From: Chloroflexota bacterium
GTDB taxonomy: Bacteria; Chloroflexota; Anaerolineae; JAAYZQ01
Direction: 5' to 3'
DNA: 64,000 bases
Assembly (NCBI GenBank): GCA_018606645.1
Contig: JAGVRI010000008.1
Span: 68,036-132,035 of the forward strand
A program made the translations under genes and the position numbers. The notes under the pieces were generated by a model that was given only the letters and a program-made list of their open reading frames with translations, did no database searches and was not told where the DNA came from. How positions within the stretch are numbered: position 1 is the first letter of the stretch; each line of letters starts with the position of its first letter. Positions 1 to 9,046 of the stretch are shown here, piece by piece.

Positions 1-80
1 GCCACAGCGGGCTTGTCAACCTACTGTGCACAGCCGCAGCAGAGTCAAAGGGACGACACGAACGTAAGGGAGGTGTTTCG

Positions 81-1217
81 ATGTCTGCCACGGATGAAAA
101 GGAGATTGCCCGCCTGCAAGCCTATTGGCGGGATGAGGTCGAAGCCGCCCAGGTATATCAGAAGCTGGCCGAAGCGGCTCAGGATGAACGAACCCGGCGG
201 CTTCTGTTGGAGATGCGCGATGCGGAGCAGCGTCATGCGGCGCGTTGGGAGGCGCGCATCCGCGAGCTGGGGGGCACCCTGCCACCGCCTCCGTCCGACC
301 GGCGAGCCCGCTGGCTGGGGTTCCTGGCCCGCCTGGGCGGACAGCAGCCGATCCTCCGTCGGTTGGAAGCGGTAGAGCGGGGGGCGATGGCCGGCTACGG
401 AGTCGACCTGGCTGACGCCGAGAGTGCGCGCATCGCGGCGGAAGCCCAGGCCGATGAGCACGGACACGCCATTGCCCTGCGGGCCATGGGCAGACCGCAA
501 GCCCAAGGAGTGGAGGCGATCCTCAGTCGGGAGCGCTGGCATCGTGGGGGCGGTGGGGCGATGCGCGATCTGATCTTTGGCATCAACGATGGGCTGGTTT
601 CGACTCTCAGCCTGGTGTCGGGGGTGGCCGGGGCCGACCCAGGCCGGGCGATCGTCCTGCTGGCCGGCTTGGCCGGTCTGCTGGCTGGCGCTATCTCCAT
701 GGCCGCCGGGGCCTATATCTCGACCAAGTCGCAACGGGAAGTCTACGAGGCAGAGGTGGCCCGCGAGCGGGAGGAGATCGAACAGGAACCGGAGGAGGAG
801 AAAGAAGAGCTGCGCATCCTCTACCAGCTCAAGGGGTTCAGCGCCGAGGAGGCGGAGCGGATGGTCGAGCGGGTCAGCCGGGAGCCGGAACTCTTTCTCG
901 AGGGTCTGGTGCGGGACGAACTGGGCTTAATGCCCGAAAGTTTTCCTAATCCATGGAAGGCAGGTGCCTTCTCCGGGGGATCGTTCATTCTCGGAGCCAT
1001 CGTCCCGCTAATCGGCTATCTCTTCCTACAGGGGCTGCCGGCTCTCTTCCTCTCGGTCACCCTGAGCATCGTCGCCCTCTTTGTCATCGGCGCGCTCAAG
1101 ACGGTGTTCACCGGCCTGCCATGGCTCAAGAGCGGTCTGGAGATGGTGGGTATTGGCATTTTTGCGACGGCGATTACCTACCTGATCGGTCGTATCTTTG
1201 GCGTGCAACTGTCATAG
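81..1217 (+). CDS. VIT1/CCC1 family metal transporter with N-terminal ferritin/rubrerythrin-like domain (MbfA-like architecture)
   Basis: N-terminal ExxH motifs (EQRH, EHGH); VIT1 signature RDLIFGINDGLVS...AGAISMAAGAYIS; hydrophobic C-terminus; GGAGG RBS upstream. Confidence 0.9.
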   Translation: MSATDEKEIARLQAYWRDEVEAAQVYQKLAEAAQDERTRRLLLEMRDAEQRHAARWEARIRELGGTLPPPPSDRRARWLGFLARLGGQQPILRRLEAVERGAMAGYGVDLADAESARIAAEAQADEHGHAIALRAMGRPQAQGVEAILSRERWHRGGGGAMRDLIFGINDGLVSTLSLVSGVAGADPGRAIVLLAGLAGLLAGAISMAAGAYISTKSQREVYEAEVAREREEIEQEPEEEKEELRILYQLKGFSAEEAERMVERVSREPELFLEGLVRDELGLMPESFPNPWKAGAFSGGSFILGAIVPLIGYLFLQGLPALFLSVTLSIVALFVIGALKTVFTGLPWLKSGLEMVGIGIFATAITYLIGRIFGVQLS

Positions 1218-1271
1218 AACCGTCCGCCGCCAGCTCTCAGATTCATAGAAGGTGTCAATTCTGATCAAAAT

Positions 1272-1336
1272 CCTCGACTCCCGAGCGAAAGGGAGTAGAG
1301 GCTTCAGACAATTCTCCGGCTAAAGCCTCGACTCCC
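1272..1336. repeat. Direct/inverted repeat trio (REP-like or terminator hairpin)
   Basis: CCTCGACTCCC at 1272-1282 and 1326-1336; near-complement GGGAGTAGAGGCTT at 1291-1304. Confidence 0.6.
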
Positions 1337-1365
1337 GCGCATCCGCACACCAATCCACATGCGAC

Positions 1366-1394
1366 TTGCAGAATCGAGGAAGGTGGAGTATCAT
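1366..1394 (+). promoter_or_regulatory. Putative sigma70 promoter for mazG and downstream genes
   Basis: TTGCAG-17 nt-TATCAT, ending 44 nt upstream of the ATG at 1439. Confidence 0.45.
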
Positions 1395-1438
1395 TGCAAT
1401 GCATCGGAGCCACCAGAGCGAGAAGGGATGAATAAACC

Positions 1439-2902
1439 ATGGCGATCACAATTCTCGGCCTGGGACCCGGTGGGCCGGCGTATCTGACCCGCGAAGCATG
1501 GGACCTGCTCTGTGAGGCGGACGAAATCTATCTGCGCACCCGGCACCATCCCATTGTCGCTGCATTGCCAACCCATCTGGTGCTTCATAGCTTTGACGAG
1601 CTGTACCAGCAAGCTGACGACGTTGCCGAGGTGTATGAGACCATTGCACAGCGGATCATTGCCTTGGGGCAGCGGCCTCAGGGGGTGGTGTATGCAGTTC
1701 CAGGCCATCCGTGGGTAGGCGAGTCCTCGGTCCAGCGCATCGTCGCCCGCGCGCGCCAGATCGGTTTGCCGGTGCGCCTGGTCGAAGGCTTGAGCTTCAT
1801 CGAACCGACACTAGCTGTCCTCGAGGTGGATGCGCTGAACGGTCTGCAGGTCGCAGATGCCAGCGATCTGGCAGCCGCTCATCATCCGCCGCTCGACCCC
1901 GACCGACCGGCGCTCATCGGACAGCTTGATAGCCAGCAATTGGCCAGCGACGTCAAACTGACGTTAATGAATGCCTACCCGGATGAACACCCGGTGACCT
2001 TGGTACGGGCTGCCGGCACGCCCCAGTGCACCCGGATGACGATTCCTCTGTACGAACTCGATCAGGGGCAGCCGCTGGACCATCTGACATGTCTATACGT
2101 ACCGCCGCTACCCCACCCTGGCGGATTGCCGGCCCTTCAGGAGACGGTGGCCCGGCTGCGGGCGCCTGACGGTTGCCCGTGGGATCGAGAACAGAGTCAT
2201 CAAACGCTTCGTTCCAATTTGCTGGAGGAAACGTATGAAGTCCTGGCCGCCCTCGATGCCGATGATCCGGAAAGGTTGTGTGAAGAGCTGGGCGACCTGC
2301 TGATGCAGATCGCGATGCATGTCCAGATCGCTACGGAGGAGGGTACGTTTCGGTTTGCCGATGTGATCGGCCGGATTGACGCGAAGCTCAAACGTCGCCA
2401 TCCGCATGTCTTTGGCGGCCAGACCGTTCAAGACTCGGCTGAGGTACTGCGCAATTGGGAGGCGATCAAAGCGGACGAACGAGTGGCAGAAGGGCATGCG
2501 CCGCAATCCCGCCTGGAGGGGGTGCCGTCAGCGCTACCCGCCCTGGCCCGCGCCCAGGCGATTAGCGATCGGGCGGCGCGGTTGGGCTTTGACTGGTCGG
2601 ACGTCGAGGGGGTGCTCGACAAGGTTGTTGAAGAGGTGCGTGAACTCCGCGCCTGTGAGGATGCGGCGGCCCGGGAACGGGAAATGGGCGATCTGTTGTT
2701 CACGCTGGTCAATCTGGCTCGCTGGCTGGGGGTGGACGCTGAGAGTGCCTTACGGCGTGCCTGTGACCGCTTCACTCAGCGATTTGCCCAGATGGAACAG
2801 GAAGCCCGTTTGCAACACAGCGATTTTGCCTCCCTAGCCCCGGCTGAGCAGGAAGTCCTCTGGCAAAAGGCCAAGGCCCAGCAAGGGGAGGGCAGCGCCT
2901 GA
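1439..2902 (+). CDS. mazG: Bifunctional tetrapyrrole methylase-like / MazG nucleoside triphosphate pyrophosphohydrolase (YabN-type)
   Basis: N-terminal ITILGLGPG and YAVPGHP; MazG motifs LRAPDGCPWDREQ, EETYE, EELGDLL, RRHPHVF, EMGDLLF. Confidence 0.93.
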   Translation: MAITILGLGPGGPAYLTREAWDLLCEADEIYLRTRHHPIVAALPTHLVLHSFDELYQQADDVAEVYETIAQRIIALGQRPQGVVYAVPGHPWVGESSVQRIVARARQIGLPVRLVEGLSFIEPTLAVLEVDALNGLQVADASDLAAAHHPPLDPDRPALIGQLDSQQLASDVKLTLMNAYPDEHPVTLVRAAGTPQCTRMTIPLYELDQGQPLDHLTCLYVPPLPHPGGLPALQETVARLRAPDGCPWDREQSHQTLRSNLLEETYEVLAALDADDPERLCEELGDLLMQIAMHVQIATEEGTFRFADVIGRIDAKLKRRHPHVFGGQTVQDSAEVLRNWEAIKADERVAEGHAPQSRLEGVPSALPALARAQAISDRAARLGFDWSDVEGVLDKVVEEVRELRACEDAAAREREMGDLLFTLVNLARWLGVDAESALRRACDRFTQRFAQMEQEARLQHSDFASLAPAEQEVLWQKAKAQQGEGSA

Positions 2903-2937
2903 TTCGGTCTTCTGTGGATCATTGGGTCGGGTGTCTT

Positions 2938-3870
2938 GTGAAGATCCTTGTCACTGGAGGGGCCGGATTCATCGGCTCGCACGTCGTGGATGCCTATGTG
3001 GCGGAAGGCCATGACGTGATCGTTGTGGACAATCTGAGCTCGGGAAAGCGGGAGAATGTGCATCCGGCGGCCCGGCTGGTGGAAATGGATATCGGTGAGC
3101 CTAACCTTCTCGATCTGTTCCTGGCCGAACGGCCAGATGTGGTGAACCATCACGCAGCCAACCCGAGCGTCGTCACGTCATTGCGACAGCCTCTGTTTGA
3201 TGCGACCCAGAACATCCTGGGGACTCTGAATCTGTTAGAGGCGGCGCGTCGAGCCGGCGTGGCCAAGTTCATCTATAGCTCGTCTGGTGGGGCGATGTAT
3301 GGTCATCCCCGTTACCTGCCGGTCGATGAGACCCATCCAGTGAACCCCGTTTCCCCGTATGGGCTGAGCAAGTATACCGGCGAGCGCTATGTAAGCCTCT
3401 ATGGAACGGCGTATGGCTTGCGCTGGACCAGTTTGCGGTATGCCAACGTCTATGGCCCGCGCCAGGACCTGTGCGGGGAAGCGGGTGTCGTGGCTATCTT
3501 TTGTCAGAACCTCGTGGACGGAGTTGCCCCCGAGATTCACGGGGATGGAGAGCAGACGCGAGATTTTGTGTACGTAGACGATTGCGCACGAGCGAACGTG
3601 CTGGCACTGGAAGGAGGCGACGGCCAGGCGTACAATGTGGGTACCGGAGTGAACACCAGCATCCGCATGCTATTGTGCACTTTGATGGAAGTGACGGGTC
3701 GCATTGTGGAGCCCAGGCATGGCCCCCCTCGGCCGGGCGATGTCCGCCATTCGCGGCTGGATTGTACCAAGATTAAACAGGAGTTAGGCTGGCAGGCAGA
3801 GATCGATCTTGCCGAGGGCCTGGAACGAACGTGGAGCTACTTTTTGCAGAAAGCGGCGGGTTGTCGCTAG
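2938..3870 (+). CDS. NAD-dependent epimerase/dehydratase (UDP-glucose 4-epimerase-like)
   Basis: TGGAGFIG, YGLSK (YxxxK), RYANVYGPRQ, GDGEQTRDFVYV; GTG start at 2938 chosen. Confidence 0.9.
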   Translation: MKILVTGGAGFIGSHVVDAYVAEGHDVIVVDNLSSGKRENVHPAARLVEMDIGEPNLLDLFLAERPDVVNHHAANPSVVTSLRQPLFDATQNILGTLNLLEAARRAGVAKFIYSSSGGAMYGHPRYLPVDETHPVNPVSPYGLSKYTGERYVSLYGTAYGLRWTSLRYANVYGPRQDLCGEAGVVAIFCQNLVDGVAPEIHGDGEQTRDFVYVDDCARANVLALEGGDGQAYNVGTGVNTSIRMLLCTLMEVTGRIVEPRHGPPRPGDVRHSRLDCTKIKQELGWQAEIDLAEGLERTWSYFLQKAAGCR

Positions 3871-3873
3871 CCG

Positions 3874-4362
3874 ATGAAACACTGGTACGCGGTATACACC
3901 AAGCCGAAGAAAGAGGCCCAGGTTCATGCGCTGTTGCAGGAACAGGGGCTGGAGACCTATCTGCCTGCCGTGCGGCGCAAGGTCCAACGGCGGGACCGAC
4001 CCGAGTGGGTGGTATACTTTCCCTGCTACCTCTTTGTCCGGGTTGATTTCCAGACCACGCCTCGCTCCTCCATTGACTGGTTGCCTGGGGTGCGGCATAT
4101 CGTTCGCTCCGGAGAACAACCCACGGTGGTAGCCGACGAGATTATCGAACTGATCCGTCAACGACTGGACAATCTGGAGATTGTGGGGTATAGTGATTTG
4201 AAGCAGGGCGACCGGGTGCGGATCACCGCCGGGCCTTTGCGGGACCTGGAAGCGATCTTTGACCGCCCCCTGCCGCCCAAGGAACGGGTTCGCATCTTGC
4301 TGGATGTCATGGGCCGGATGACGCCGGTCGAGATCGATCCCAGGCAGGTCGAGAAGCTCTAG
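3874..4362 (+). CDS. Specialised NusG paralogue (RfaH/UpxY/LoaP-type antiterminator)
   Basis: NGN domain WYAVYTKPKKE...FPCYLFV; KOW motif GDRVRITAGPL; sits at the head of a long glycan operon. Confidence 0.9.
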   Translation: MKHWYAVYTKPKKEAQVHALLQEQGLETYLPAVRRKVQRRDRPEWVVYFPCYLFVRVDFQTTPRSSIDWLPGVRHIVRSGEQPTVVADEIIELIRQRLDNLEIVGYSDLKQGDRVRITAGPLRDLEAIFDRPLPPKERVRILLDVMGRMTPVEIDPRQVEKL

Positions 4363-4382
4363 ATAGCGTGGTTTTCGCCTGG

Positions 4383-4466
4383 CTCCCTACCTTCTCAGCG
4401 AAGAGAGGGTGGGGGAGTCCGGGTTTAGGTTGGGCCGGTCTGACGGACAGAGTTTGTCAGATCGGC
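4383..4466 (+). promoter_or_regulatory. Two tandem RNA hairpins in the leader between the NusG paralogue and the glycan genes
   Basis: Stem of about 13 bp (4384-4396/4403-4415, loop AGCGAA) and 15-bp stem (4434-4448/4452-4466); imperfect pairs are G-U on the + strand. Confidence 0.6.
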
Positions 4467-4507
4467 GGAGCCTGCCCACAATTTTGCCCATCACATGGAG
4501 GACTAGA

Positions 4508-5527
4508 TTGAGGATTTTGATAACCGGGGGGGCCGGTTTCATCGGGAGCAACCTGGCTCACCGGCTGATCGGACAGGGCCATGACGTGGTCGTCTATGAT
4601 AATTTATCGCGGCGAGGCGCGGACCAGAATGTCGCCTGGCTGCGAACCGAGCACGGCGATGCCTGGAGGTTGCTCCAGGCGGACATCCGCGATTTCGAGA
4701 CGCTGCGTGAAGCCGCAGCCGAGGTGGAGGTTGTCTATCACCTGGCTTCCCAGGTAGCGGTGACAACCTCTGTGCAAGACCCACGGTACGATTTTGAAGT
4801 GAACGCCCTAGGTACCTTCAACGTATTGGAGGCAGCGCGGCTTTCGGACCGCCGTCCTATCGTCCTCTACGCTTCCACCAACAAAGTCTATGGTGGGATG
4901 GAAGAGGTAGCCGTGATCGAGGGCGAGACTCGGTACGCCTACCGTGATTTCCCCTACGGCATTGCCGAGACCCATCCTCTCGACTTTCACTCGCCCTACG
5001 GTTGTTCCAAAGGAGCTGGCGATCAGTATGTGCGCGATTACGCCCGCATCTATGGCCTGCCGACGGTGGTCTTCCGTCAGTCGTGCATCTATGGTCCACG
5101 GCAATTCGGCGTCGAAGATCAAGGATGGGTTGCCTGGTTCCTGATTGCGGCCGTGACCGGCCAGCCGATCACCATTTACGGCGATGGTAAGCAGGTGCGC
5201 GACGTGTTGTGGGTGGATGACCTGTTGGACCTGTACCAAAAGGCGGTGGACCAGATCGAGATCTCTGCCGGGCAGGTCTATAACGTGGGAGGTGGACCGG
5301 ACAATACTCTGGCCGTGTGGAGCGAGTTGGGGCCGATGCTGGAGGATATCCTGGGTCGTCGCATCGAGGTGACCTACAGCGACTGGCGTCCCGGCGATCA
5401 GCGTATCTTTGTCGCGGACATCCGCAAGGCGGAGCGGGAGCTGGGATGGCGGCCCCGGGTGGGGAAGGAGGAGGGTGTGCGCCGCCTGGCAGCCTGGGTG
5501 GTGGAACATCGGCAGTTGTTTGTGTAG
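4508..5527 (+). CDS. SDR nucleotide-sugar epimerase, CDP-paratose 2-epimerase (RfbE)-like
   Basis: TGGAGFIG, QVAVTTS, STNKVYG, SPYGCSKG, FRQSCIYG, EDQGWVAWF; TTG start after GGAGG. Confidence 0.85.
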   Translation: MRILITGGAGFIGSNLAHRLIGQGHDVVVYDNLSRRGADQNVAWLRTEHGDAWRLLQADIRDFETLREAAAEVEVVYHLASQVAVTTSVQDPRYDFEVNALGTFNVLEAARLSDRRPIVLYASTNKVYGGMEEVAVIEGETRYAYRDFPYGIAETHPLDFHSPYGCSKGAGDQYVRDYARIYGLPTVVFRQSCIYGPRQFGVEDQGWVAWFLIAAVTGQPITIYGDGKQVRDVLWVDDLLDLYQKAVDQIEISAGQVYNVGGGPDNTLAVWSELGPMLEDILGRRIEVTYSDWRPGDQRIFVADIRKAERELGWRPRVGKEEGVRRLAAWVVEHRQLFV

Positions 5528-5670
5528 TGAGTAACATCCCGAAGACCACCTCGTTTCGGTGTACGGCTGAGGAGCGGGAAAGGCTTCTCTCGACGTTGCG
5601 AGAATCTCTGGCGACCAGAGAGAGCATCGTGTTTGCCTACGAGTACGGCTCGTTCTGGGTATGGATCTGA
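5527..5670 (+). pseudogene. N-terminal fragment of a minimal nucleotidyltransferase (MntA-type antitoxin)
   Basis: Reads ...RERLLSTLRESLATRESIVFAYEYGSF then stops before the DxD motif; GTG overlaps the upstream stop. Confidence 0.6.
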
Positions 5671-5739
5671 AGCCATTGCGTCACGCGGCTCTGAAGGAAG
5701 CGATGAATACAACGGTTGTTTCTGGAAAAGGATGATTTC

Positions 5740-6717
5740 GTGGCTTCTTATCTGGTGACCGGCTGTGCTGGCTTTATCGGATGGAAGGTGGCCGAGTTCC
5801 TGTTGGCTGAGGGCCACACCGTTGTCGGGGTGGATAATCTGAACGACGCCTACGACGTGCGCTTGAAGCGATGGCGCCTCACCCGGCTCCAGGACCAGCC
5901 GAATTTCACCTTCCACTGGTTGGATATCACCGACCGATCCGCGTTAGAACGTTCAACGTTCAATGTTCAACGTTTCGACGCCGTGATCAACCTGGCGGCA
6001 CGCGCCGGGGTGCGGCCCTCGGTGGAGAACCCGTGGGTGTACTATGAGACCAATGTGATGGGAACTCTGAACCTGCTGGAGCTGTGTCGGGAATTGGGGA
6101 TTGCCAAGTTTGTCCAGGCCTCAAGCTCCAGCGTGTATGGTCAAGGGAACCCGATGCCCTACCGCGAGGATCAGAACACCGACCATCCGCCTTCGCCCTA
6201 TGCGGCCTCGAAGAAAGCTGCGGAGACGTTGTGTTCGACCTATCATTCTCTCCATGGGCTGGACATTACCGTCCTCCGCTACTTTACGGTGTATGGTCCG
6301 GCGGGGCGGCCGGACATGAGTCCGTTTCGCTTTGTGCAGTGGATCAGCGAGGGGCGGCCGGTGACGATCTATGGCGATGGCACGCAGTCGCGGGATTTCA
6401 CCTACGTCGACGACATTGCGCGCGGTACCCTGGCTGCGCTCCGGCCGCTAGGCTTTGAGGTGATCAACCTGGGATCGGATCGGCCGATCGGGCTGATGGA
6501 TGCGATCCGGGTCATCGAGAAGCTGGTCGGTCGGCGGGCGCTGGTGGAATACCAGCCGCGCCATCCGGCGGATGTAAAGGATACCTGGGCGGAGATCGGC
6601 AAGGCGGAGTGGATGTTGGGCTGGCGGCCGGAGGTAGCCTTTGAGGAGGGAATGGCGCGGGTGGTGGAGTGGTATCGCGAGAATCGGGCGTGGGCGCGAG
6701 AGGTAGAGACGGGGTGA
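5740..6717 (+). CDS. NAD-dependent epimerase (UDP-glucuronate 4-epimerase-like)
   Basis: TGCAGFIG, AARAGVRPSVENP, YAASK, YFTVYGPAGRPDM. Confidence 0.88.
   Translation: MASYLVTGCAGFIGWKVAEFLLAEGHTVVGVDNLNDAYDVRLKRWRLTRLQDQPNFTFHWLDITDRSALERSTFNVQRFDAVINLAARAGVRPSVENPWVYYETNVMGTLNLLELCRELGIAKFVQASSSSVYGQGNPMPYREDQNTDHPPSPYAASKKAAETLCSTYHSLHGLDITVLRYFTVYGPAGRPDMSPFRFVQWISEGRPVTIYGDGTQSRDFTYVDDIARGTLAALRPLGFEVINLGSDRPIGLMDAIRVIEKLVGRRALVEYQPRHPADVKDTWAEIGKAEWMLGWRPEVAFEEGMARVVEWYRENRAWAREVETG
5948..5975 (+). repeat. In-frame heptamer tandem repeat (AACGTTC) x4
   Basis: AACGTTC AACGTTC AATGTTC AACGTTT inside the epimerase ORF, encoding ERSTFNVQRF. Confidence 0.85.
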
Positions 6718-6783
6718 GAGACTGAAGGGCTGGTGAGGGTGGATTAATGAAATGCCAATTGGCCTGTAAGCGGAGCATTCTCA

Positions 6784-6894
6784 ATGATCAGGGCTGAAGT
6801 CATCTGCAAAGGTTTGAACAAGCTGGACGAATGCCTGGCAATCCTCCAGGGGCTGCGCTCGTACACGTTCGAGGAATTCAGCGCCAATTGGTAA
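6784..6894 (+). pseudogene. N-terminal fragment of a DUF86/HepT-type HEPN toxin
   Basis: MIRAEVICKGLNKLDECLAILQGLRSYTFEEF..., 36 aa then TAA; resembles DUF86 N-termini. Confidence 0.55.
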
Positions 6895-7017
6895 GATGAG
6901 AGAACTGGCTGGGATGGGAAAATATGAATTTGGCCGCCTGTTAGGGGAGCGAAGCATTGTGTGGCATTATGGCCGGGAGGAACTGAAGGACGACCTGGCG
7001 TATGCGCGTGGTGAGCA
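6887..7017 (+). pseudogene. C-terminal fragment of a UPF0175 family antitoxin-like protein
   Basis: GKMRELAGMGKYEFGRLLGERSI..HYGREELKDDLAYARGE; N-terminus absent; overlaps the start of a DUF3368-like gene, its usual partner. Confidence 0.65.
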
Positions 7018-7392
7018 ACACTTTACCGGTCCTCAACCCGGTGATTGTCGGTTGGCTTGCTCTGCTTCACGAGCAATTCGGAGAGGTACGGATTCCGGCA
7101 GCGGTCTTGGAGGAGTTGTGCCTCACCGAAGATCTGCGCGGCTCTGAAGCGGTGCAAGAGGCAGTACAGGCGAAGGCGGAATGTGTGCTGTTTGATGAGC
7201 GGTAAGGACGAAAGGCTGCAAAATCGCTGGGGTTAAGGGTTACGGGGACTCTAGGGGGTTTTGATTCGCGCCCAGCGTGAGGGCAAGATGCCAACGTTAC
7301 GAGAGCCGATGGAAGAACTGCAGGAGAAGGCAGGTTTTCGCATTGGAGCGGATTTGTTTGCTGAGTTGCTGAGAGCGGCCGACGAAGAATGA
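7002..7392 (+). pseudogene. DUF3368 (PIN-like) protein, disrupted
   Basis: MRVVSNT...LFDER*GRKAAKSLGLRVTGTLG//VLIRAQREG...; TAA at 7203-7205, frameshift in the G run near 7254-7258, apparent internal deletion. Confidence 0.75.
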
Positions 7393-7430
7393 GCGCCTGC
7401 CATTTTCTTAAATCGCGTGGGCTACATGGG

Positions 7431-7571
7431 GGATGGTGGCAGCGATTCAGGTCGTCGAGAAGCTGGTGGGCCGGCGGTCGCTGGTGGAATACCAGCGCCG
7501 TGGCATCCGGCGGATGTGAAGGATACCTGGGCGGAGATCGGCAAGGCGGAACCGGATGTTGGGCTGGTGGC
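7431..7571 (+). repeat. Diverged, frameshifted direct copy of the epimerase 3' region (6491-6628)
   Basis: Shared blocks such as TCGAGAAGCTGGT, CGCTGGTGGAATACCAGC, CATCCGGCGGATGT, AAGGATACCTGGGCGGAGATCGGCAAGGCGGA, GGATGTTGGGCTGG. Confidence 0.92.
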
Positions 7572-7763
7572 GAGATCCGGTTGAGACTTTTTGCGACGGG
7601 ACGAGTATGCTAGCTTCCACAAGTGACATGGATGATGTTGTGAGATAGAATGGGGCGGTCAGTCAAGGTCAAGGGAACAGCAATCGCATACCTGCTCTCT
7701 GGAGGGTTCAGGTTCTTAAATGCGGCTGCTAGGAACAGGTTGGGTCAGGGAGATACAGCGTAG

Positions 7764-8936
7764 ATGTCTGAGGAAAAGCGGTTGAAGGTGTTGTTTATTA
7801 CTGCCTGGTATCCCACAAAGGAACACCCAATAGAGGGCATATTTGTGCGGGAGCATGCCAGAGCTGTTCGGCTTTACGACGATGTTGTTGTGCTCCACTG
7901 TGCAGGACCAGATCAGGGATTGAGCAAGCTTTGGCGGTTGGAATTGGAGAGCGATGCCAGCCTTACACAAGGCATTCCAACCTATCGAGTATGGTATCGG
8001 AGATCGAGGCTTCCCAAGGTTTCTTACTTGGGCTACCTTCTTAGTAGCCTCTGGGCGTTCGCTACCGTTGTAAAAGGTGGATTTCGTCCAAACGTGATTC
8101 ATGGGCATATTTATCAAGCAGGCGTGCCAGCGGTTCTAATTGGCAGGATGTTCCGTATTCCGGTGATCATAAGTGAGCATTACTCTGCTTTTCCAAGGCA
8201 TTTACTCTCCCGTCGCGAACTCTTGAAAGCACGTCTTGCGTTCACTTCGGCAGATCTCGTTCTACCTGTAAGCTACGCACTAAAAAATGGAATTGAGCAC
8301 TGTGGCATTCGGGCAAAGTTTGAGGTTGTGCCGAATGTCGTTGATGTGTCTCTGTTCCATCCCCCCGCTAGCAGGAATTCCGCACATGCGCTGAAGAGAA
8401 TCCTGTTCGTGGGGTTGTTGGATACTACTCACATAAAGGGGGTGCCAGATCTGCTGCAGGCGTTAGCCCGGTTACGAGAAGAGCGGAATGACTGGCATTT
8501 AGATATCGTGGGGGATGGGCCTGCGCGTGATGAATATGAACGACAGGTTCTGGAACTTGGGCTTGCTGGCAAGGTTACGTTTCATGGTATCAAATCCAAG
8601 GAAGACGTTGCTGAGTTTATGCGTCAGGCAGACTTTTTCGCATTGCCCAGCCTTTGGGACAATTTGCCCTGTGCAGCGATTGAGGCCGTGGCAAGTGGGT
8701 TGCCTATAGTTGCGACTTGTGCAGGCGGGATCCCCGAGATCGTTAAAGATACGGAAATGGGTTTCCTTGTACCACCGGGCAATGTGGTTGAGCTATCGAA
8801 AGCGATGGTGCGGATGATAGAGTGTTTAAATGAATTCGACCGCTGTGCAATTGCGGAGGAGGCCCGCAATCGATATGGGTTCGAGTCAGTGGGCGGTTTG
8901 ATGCATTCTATATATGCGAAGTATGGTGGGGGATGA
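7764..8936 (+). CDS. Glycosyltransferase family 4
   Basis: GT-B fold motifs: LFVGLL, KGVPDLL, IVGDGP, DNLPCAAIEAVASGLP. Confidence 0.88.
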   Translation: MSEEKRLKVLFITAWYPTKEHPIEGIFVREHARAVRLYDDVVVLHCAGPDQGLSKLWRLELESDASLTQGIPTYRVWYRRSRLPKVSYLGYLLSSLWAFATVVKGGFRPNVIHGHIYQAGVPAVLIGRMFRIPVIISEHYSAFPRHLLSRRELLKARLAFTSADLVLPVSYALKNGIEHCGIRAKFEVVPNVVDVSLFHPPASRNSAHALKRILFVGLLDTTHIKGVPDLLQALARLREERNDWHLDIVGDGPARDEYERQVLELGLAGKVTFHGIKSKEDVAEFMRQADFFALPSLWDNLPCAAIEAVASGLPIVATCAGGIPEIVKDTEMGFLVPPGNVVELSKAMVRMIECLNEFDRCAIAEEARNRYGFESVGGLMHSIYAKYGGG

Positions 8937-9046
8937 CTCTAACCGTTTAGCTCCCGAGAAGCTTGTTGCAGGCGGACAACAAGGATTATCCTTGCCCGAT
9001 GCAGAGCAGGAGAGTTTGAACTTTTAGAGGTCCTGAGCATTTCTCA

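Noticed and set aside
4363..4374. Canonical RfaH ops element
   Set aside because: Only TAGCGTG matches and the GGCGG half is missing, so it is not called as a feature.
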